Part shown: in pieces, positions 38,668 to 42,948 of the stretch
How positions within the stretch are numbered: position 1 is the first letter of the stretch
Layout of the letters: every line of letters begins with the position of its first letter
Assembly (NCBI GenBank): GCA_043782365.1
Contig: JAYWAO010000061.1
Span: forward strand, 1-42,948
From: Deltaproteobacteria bacterium
GTDB taxonomy: Bacteria; Myxococcota; Myxococcia; Myxococcales; 40CM-4-68-19
DNA: 42,948 nucleotides
Direction: 5' to 3'
Made by a program: the position numbers and the translations under genes
The notes under the pieces: generated by a model
The model's input: the letters and a program-made list of their open reading frames with translations, nothing else
The model's database searches: none
Told to the model about the DNA's origin: nothing

Positions 38668-39629
38668 TGGACCCGCGATTCGAGCCGCTGCGCGCGCTGC
38701 CGGCCGCCCTGCTCTCTTGCACGCTCGCGCTCGCTGCGGCGGGCTGCGCCAGCGACTTCGAGAAGCAGTCGCAGGTCACCAAGCTGCGGGTGCTCGGCGT
38801 GCAGGCGGAGCCCGCCGAGCTCTTGCTCACGCCCGACGGCGGCCTGCCCAGGACCACGCTGACGGCGCTCGCCGTCGAGCCCTCGGGCGCGGCGATCACC
38901 ACGCGCTTCTCGATCTGCCTGCAGCAGGGCACGCTCCCCGCGCCCGACCTCGCCTGCCCGGGCGACGCGGGCGTCGATCTGCCCGGCGCCGGTCCGCTGG
39001 CGGCGAGGCTCGACCTCACCGACCCCAACCTGCAAGCGGCCGCCGCGGTGTTCCTCTCTTCGAGCGCGGCGGACGGCGGCAGCGACGGCGGCCTCGAGGC
39101 GCTGCTCGCGCAAGGGGTGCCCGTGCTCTACGGCTTCGAGCTGCGCGCGCCGGCCTACGGCAACGTCGATGGTGGTCCGCCGCCCACCGATGGCTTCGAC
39201 GTGCAGCGCCTGCTCGGCCTCGGCACGGTCACCCTGCGCACCGCGCCCGCCGGGAGCGCTCCCAACCAGAACCCGCGCCTGCGCGCGCTCTCCGCCGGCG
39301 GCGTGGAGCTGAAGGCCGACGGGAGCAGCACGCTCAAGGCTGGGGTAAAGGTAACACTCCTGCCCCTCCCCGAGAGCGACGCCAAGGAGCCCACCAACAC
39401 CACCAGCGCAGGCGTCGAGAGCCTCAACTTCTCGTTCTACGCGACCGGCGGCGACCTCGACGCGCTGCGCTCCACCGACACCACCGCCACCGGGCAGCCC
39501 GGGATCTCCAGCGTCGACTACACCCCGCCCGCGCAGCCGACCGCGAAGCCCGTGCGCCTCTGGGTGGTGGTGCGCGACGGGCGCGGCGGCCTGGGCTGGC
39601 TGGAGCGGAGTTTCACGGTGGTGCCATAG
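38667..39629 (+). CDS. Lipoprotein coupled to the TonB-dependent receptor
   Basis: Lipobox AAGC, LRVLGVQAEPAE, NQNP, WVVVRDGRGG; 1-bp overlap with the receptor stop. Confidence 0.8.
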   Translation: MDPRFEPLRALPAALLSCTLALAAAGCASDFEKQSQVTKLRVLGVQAEPAELLLTPDGGLPRTTLTALAVEPSGAAITTRFSICLQQGTLPAPDLACPGDAGVDLPGAGPLAARLDLTDPNLQAAAAVFLSSSAADGGSDGGLEALLAQGVPVLYGFELRAPAYGNVDGGPPPTDGFDVQRLLGLGTVTLRTAPAGSAPNQNPRLRALSAGGVELKADGSSTLKAGVKVTLLPLPESDAKEPTNTTSAGVESLNFSFYATGGDLDALRSTDTTATGQPGISSVDYTPPAQPTAKPVRLWVVVRDGRGGLGWLERSFTVVP

Positions 39630-39726
39630 GCGGCCGCCGCGCTCCAGCCGCCGGGCCGGAGCGGCGCTAGAGCACCGATCAGCTCGGTGCTCTGACGGTG
39701 CGCCGCGTCCGCGGTACAGTGCCCCC

Positions 39727-39984
39727 ATGACGCCAGACGAACAGTTCGCCAAGGCCCAGGCCGAGGTGAAGACGCTCTCGCAGCGGCCCTCGAACGACAC
39801 CCTGCTCGACCTCTACGCCCTCTACAAGCAGGGCACCGAGGGCGACACCTCCGGGAGCAGGCCCGGCATGTTCGACCCGGTGGGCCGCGCCAAGTTCGAC
39901 GCCTGGGCGAAGAAGAAGGGCACTGCCAAGGACGCCGCCAAGGCTGCCTACGTGGTGCTGGCCGCCTCGCTGCTGAAGAAATGA
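39727..39984 (+). CDS. Acyl-CoA-binding protein
   Basis: LYALYKQGTEGD...GRAKFDAW ACBP signature, 85 aa. Confidence 0.93.
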   Translation: MTPDEQFAKAQAEVKTLSQRPSNDTLLDLYALYKQGTEGDTSGSRPGMFDPVGRAKFDAWAKKKGTAKDAAKAAYVVLAASLLKK

Positions 39985-39987
39985 CGA

Positions 39988-40018
39988 GGCCCGCTCCCCG
40001 AAGACGGGGACGCGGGCC
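39988..40018. terminator. Strong hairpin between convergent ACBP and protease genes
   Basis: GGCCCGC-TCCCCG-AAGA-CGGGGA-C-GCGGGCC; 13-bp stem with one bulge. Confidence 0.55.
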
Positions 40019-40037
40019 GCGGCAGCCGCTAAGTGTC

Positions 40038-40787
40038 TTACTTCCAGCTGGCGATGGTGGCGTTGATCCAGGTGCCGAAGGCGTCCACCCGGGCGTAGTG
40101 CTCGACCTTGTGGGCCGGCGCGTCGCCGTCGGTGTGGCACGAGGTGGCGCCGGCGAGCTTGCCGTTGCAGATGAGCGGCCCGCCCGAGTCGCCGTGGTCG
40201 GCGAGGCCCGTGCCGTACTTGACGGTGATGAAGCCCGCGGCGATGGCGGTGACGGGCGAGGTGGCCGAGCGCTTCTGCTCCAGGGTGGTGGCCGACCCGA
40301 CGCCGTGCTGGCCGTAGCCGATGGCGGTGCAGTTGCCGCCGACGGTGGCGCTCGACTGCCCGGAGGCGAAGGCGACCGGCTTGATGTCGGTGATCGGCTG
40401 CGCGAGGTGGATGAGGCCGACGTCGCCCGAGGCGTTGGGGCAGGTGCCGCCCGCGTACTTGGTGTAGCCGGCCTGCTTGTCCACCGCGTGGGCCACCATG
40501 TTGCTCGGCACCACGACGTTGGAGGTCGCCTTGCCGGCGCCCGTGTAGAAGGTCGCGACCGTCTCGGAGACGCAGTGGGCCGCGGTGAGGACGACCGAGG
40601 GGGCGATCAGCGTGCCCGTGCAGAAGCCGCCCGAGGCGATCCAGACGAGGCCCACCGCGGGGTCGCCGCTGTCCACCTTGCCGCCCTGGATCTCGGCCTC
40701 GGACTCGTCGGTGACGTCGGCACCGCCGCAGGCAGCGAAGAGCGAGAGGGCGAGAGCGGCAGGGCCGAGCAGGGAGAGGCGGCGCAT
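40038..40787 (-). CDS. Trypsin-like (S1) serine protease lipoprotein
   Basis: Lipobox FAAC, IQGG mature start, TAAHC, DVG, GDSGGP. Confidence 0.93.
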   Translation of the reverse strand: MRRLSLLGPAALALSLFAACGGADVTDESEAEIQGGKVDSGDPAVGLVWIASGGFCTGTLIAPSVVLTAAHCVSETVATFYTGAGKATSNVVVPSNMVAHAVDKQAGYTKYAGGTCPNASGDVGLIHLAQPITDIKPVAFASGQSSATVGGNCTAIGYGQHGVGSATTLEQKRSATSPVTAIAAGFITVKYGTGLADHGDSGGPLICNGKLAGATSCHTDGDAPAHKVEHYARVDAFGTWINATIASWK

Positions 40788-40951
40788 GAGACCTCGGGCT
40801 TGCCGGCGCTGGACGGGGGCCGGGAGGGCCTCGTAAGCGTTCGGCTGAAGAACCCTGAGGGAAAGGCGCGAGGGAAACCACCCGGCGTCTTACGTATGCC
40901 GCCCGCGGCGGGCCGGGGCTCGCTGATGGAATGGCACCCCAGAACCGAAGC

Positions 40952-41842
40952 TCAGGAGCCCTGCTCTGCCCTCCCGGCGGCCACCAGGAGATCTGCCAGC
41001 TGCCCGGCGAGCTGCGCGCGGCCCGGCATCACGGCGGCAATCCGCGCCCGGACCTGCGCCTCGCGCGAGAGGTCCACCGTGGGGATCGCCGACTGCTTCT
41101 TCACGCCGCCGAGGATGCGCGCGGTCTCCAGCCGCTGCACCAGCAGGCCGGCGAGCGCGGTGTCGAGGGCGTCGATGCGCGCGCGCAGCGCAGGGATGGT
41201 GGCCTCGGCGGCCGGCGCGGGCACGGGCAGCGCGCGGCGCAGCACCACGAAGCGGGTCAGGTTGGGCGGCCGGTCGGAGACGTCTTCGAGCAGCACGGTG
41301 AGCCCCGAAGAGCGGGCGGCGGCGGCCGGGCAGATCACCGCGTCGAACCGCGCTTGGGGGATGCCGAGCGCGAGCTCGCGCGCCAACTGGTGGGCGGCGC
41401 CCGCGGTGTCTTGCTCCTGCACGGGGGTGAGCAGGAGCTGCCGCAGCCGCTCCGCGGACTGGCGCAGCGCCGCGGGGTGCGAGCGGGCCCGCTTGAGCGC
41501 CTCCAGGGTCACCCCGGGCGCGGCGGCGAGCGCGAGCCGCACGGGCACCTCGATCGCTCCGGCGCCCTCGGCGGCGAGCCCGCGTCCGAGCGCCTCGGCC
41601 AGCGGGACCAGCGCCTCGCTGACGGGGCCGATCACCGCGTTGGTCACCGGCAGCACCACCGCGTCCACCTCGCCTGCGCCGAGTCCCTGCAGCAGCCGCT
41701 CGAAGGTGGCGAACGGCACGGGGACGCCGCGCGCGCGGGCAGCCCCTTCGCCGAAGGCGCCCTGCTCGCCTTGGTAACCGACCCGGATGCCGGTGGGTCC
41801 TGGGTCGAGATCGTCGAGGCCGCGCCTGGGTTCGTCCGCCAT
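40952..41842 (-). CDS. Prephenate dehydratase-like domain fused to a C-terminal AroQ chorismate mutase
   Basis: YQGEQGA, SHPAAL, NLTRF, then LRARIDALD...R...K...DLSRE. Confidence 0.8.
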   Translation of the reverse strand: MADEPRRGLDDLDPGPTGIRVGYQGEQGAFGEGAARARGVPVPFATFERLLQGLGAGEVDAVVLPVTNAVIGPVSEALVPLAEALGRGLAAEGAGAIEVPVRLALAAAPGVTLEALKRARSHPAALRQSAERLRQLLLTPVQEQDTAGAAHQLARELALGIPQARFDAVICPAAAARSSGLTVLLEDVSDRPPNLTRFVVLRRALPVPAPAAEATIPALRARIDALDTALAGLLVQRLETARILGGVKKQSAIPTVDLSREAQVRARIAAVMPGRAQLAGQLADLLVAAGRAEQGS

Positions 41843-41898
41843 CGGCGCAGCTTACCCGAACGGGGATCCGGGAGGAGGTTTCATGCTACCGATCGGAC

Positions 41899-42831
41899 AT
41901 GCCCCGCGACCGCGACGATGAAGGCCCGCTGCCGAACCAGTCCTGGAGCGCCGATCTGGCGAAGGAGCCGTTCGCCGCCGTCTTCCGCAAGCACTTCCCG
42001 GCGCTGCGGGCCGCCTGGGGCGCGCAGAGCCACGAGGGGGTCCTGATCGCCGCGGTGGACGGCAACGGCCTCTTCGACGCGCACGCGCACCTGCGCCTGC
42101 CGCCCTCGGGGATCGCCCACCTGATCCTCGGCCGCCACGAGCGGTGCGACGTGGTGCTCTCGCGCGACACCGACGTGAGCCTGCGCCACCTGCTCGTGCG
42201 CGCCACCCGGGGGCCGGGGGGAGTGTTACACTTGCGGGCCATCGACCTGCGCTCGCGGGTGGGCCTGCTCAGCGAGGACGGGCGGCGCTGCGAGGCGATC
42301 GCCTCCCGCGGCCCGCTCTTCCTCCAGGTGGGCAGCTACGTGCTCTTCCTGCTGCCGACCGGCCCGCAGGTGAAGGCGTGGACCGACGACGCCGACAGCA
42401 CCTGGCGCGGCTTCGCCCCGCGCGACCAGGAGATCCTGCCGCCGCCGCAGCCGCTCAAGTCGCGCGCCGCGCCCGGGCCGCAGGCGGTGAAGCTGGCGAC
42501 CATCACCATCCAGAGCAGCTCTCCGCAGGCCGGCGATCTGACGAGCACGCACGCCGTCTGGAGCGACCAACTCGAGCGCGGCATCCTGGTGGGCCGCGAC
42601 GACCGCTGCTCCCACGGGGGGCTCGAGGAGGGCAATCTGTCGCGCGTACACCTGGTGCTGCTCTCGGTGGACGACGAGGTGTGGGCCATCGACACCGCCT
42701 CGACGAACGGCACGCGGCAGTTGGGCGCGCAGCCGTTCCGGCAGCTGCGGCTCTCGGGTAACGGACAGCTGGTGCTGGCCGATGCGTTGACCCTGAAGTG
42801 GCAGCCCGCCGTGCTGGCGGCGCGCGCGTAG
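41899..42831 (+). CDS. Tandem FHA-domain protein
   Basis: LGRHERCD...VSLRH and VGRDDRC...LSRVH...STNGT. Confidence 0.85.
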   Translation: MPRDRDDEGPLPNQSWSADLAKEPFAAVFRKHFPALRAAWGAQSHEGVLIAAVDGNGLFDAHAHLRLPPSGIAHLILGRHERCDVVLSRDTDVSLRHLLVRATRGPGGVLHLRAIDLRSRVGLLSEDGRRCEAIASRGPLFLQVGSYVLFLLPTGPQVKAWTDDADSTWRGFAPRDQEILPPPQPLKSRAAPGPQAVKLATITIQSSSPQAGDLTSTHAVWSDQLERGILVGRDDRCSHGGLEEGNLSRVHLVLLSVDDEVWAIDTASTNGTRQLGAQPFRQLRLSGNGQLVLADALTLKWQPAVLAARA

Positions 42832-42898
42832 GAGAGAAGGGTCTACCCGCGTCAATCGGTTCGCATTTCAAGTAACAATCTCGTAACCGCTGGAATGC

Positions 42899-42914
42899 TG
42901 GCTCGGCGGCTGCA
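42899..42914 (+). promoter_or_regulatory. Probable sigma54 -24/-12 promoter for a gene beyond the window
   Basis: TGGCTCG-GCGG-CTGCA preceded by an AT-rich tract with two GTAAC direct repeats 11 bp apart. Confidence 0.5.
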
Positions 42915-42948
42915 AACCCCCTGCCACCAATTTGTGACTGCCGCGTGA

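Overview
A very GC-rich bacterial chromosomal segment. Gene content (clade II nos cluster, TonB-C-fused TonB-dependent receptor, tandem-FHA protein, lipoprotein trypsin) suggests Myxococcota; this is an inference. About 38 probable genes can be separated from the many GC-driven shadow ORFs. Main blocks in order: TlpA/glutaredoxin/PBP; a Fur-box-flanked outer-membrane barrel and esterase; MFS plus a MacAB-like ABC exporter; a secreted damselysin-like phospholipase; a GT-C membrane protein; a Sec-type nos operon (nosZ-D-F-L-Y-B); a monoheme cytochrome c; a divergent RIC/hemerythrin head-to-head with a sigma54 activator lacking a folded sensor domain; M3 peptidase and TrkA channel; an orphan YcaO-TfuA pair; RegB/RegA; ABC-F; TonB-dependent receptor plus lipoprotein; ACBP; S1 protease; a PDT-CM fusion; an FHA protein. 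The most striking signal read directly from the DNA is a 24-bp tripartite motif (GTTCCA-N3-GTTCCA-N3-TGGAAC). It sits in the same polarity upstream of three sigma54 -24/-12 promoters (nosZ, cytochrome c, RIC) and overlaps the start of the activator gene, which suggests a local N2O/NO regulon that I do not recognise as described. No rRNA, tRNA, CRISPR array or mobile element was seen. All family calls come from motif recognition, not database searches.
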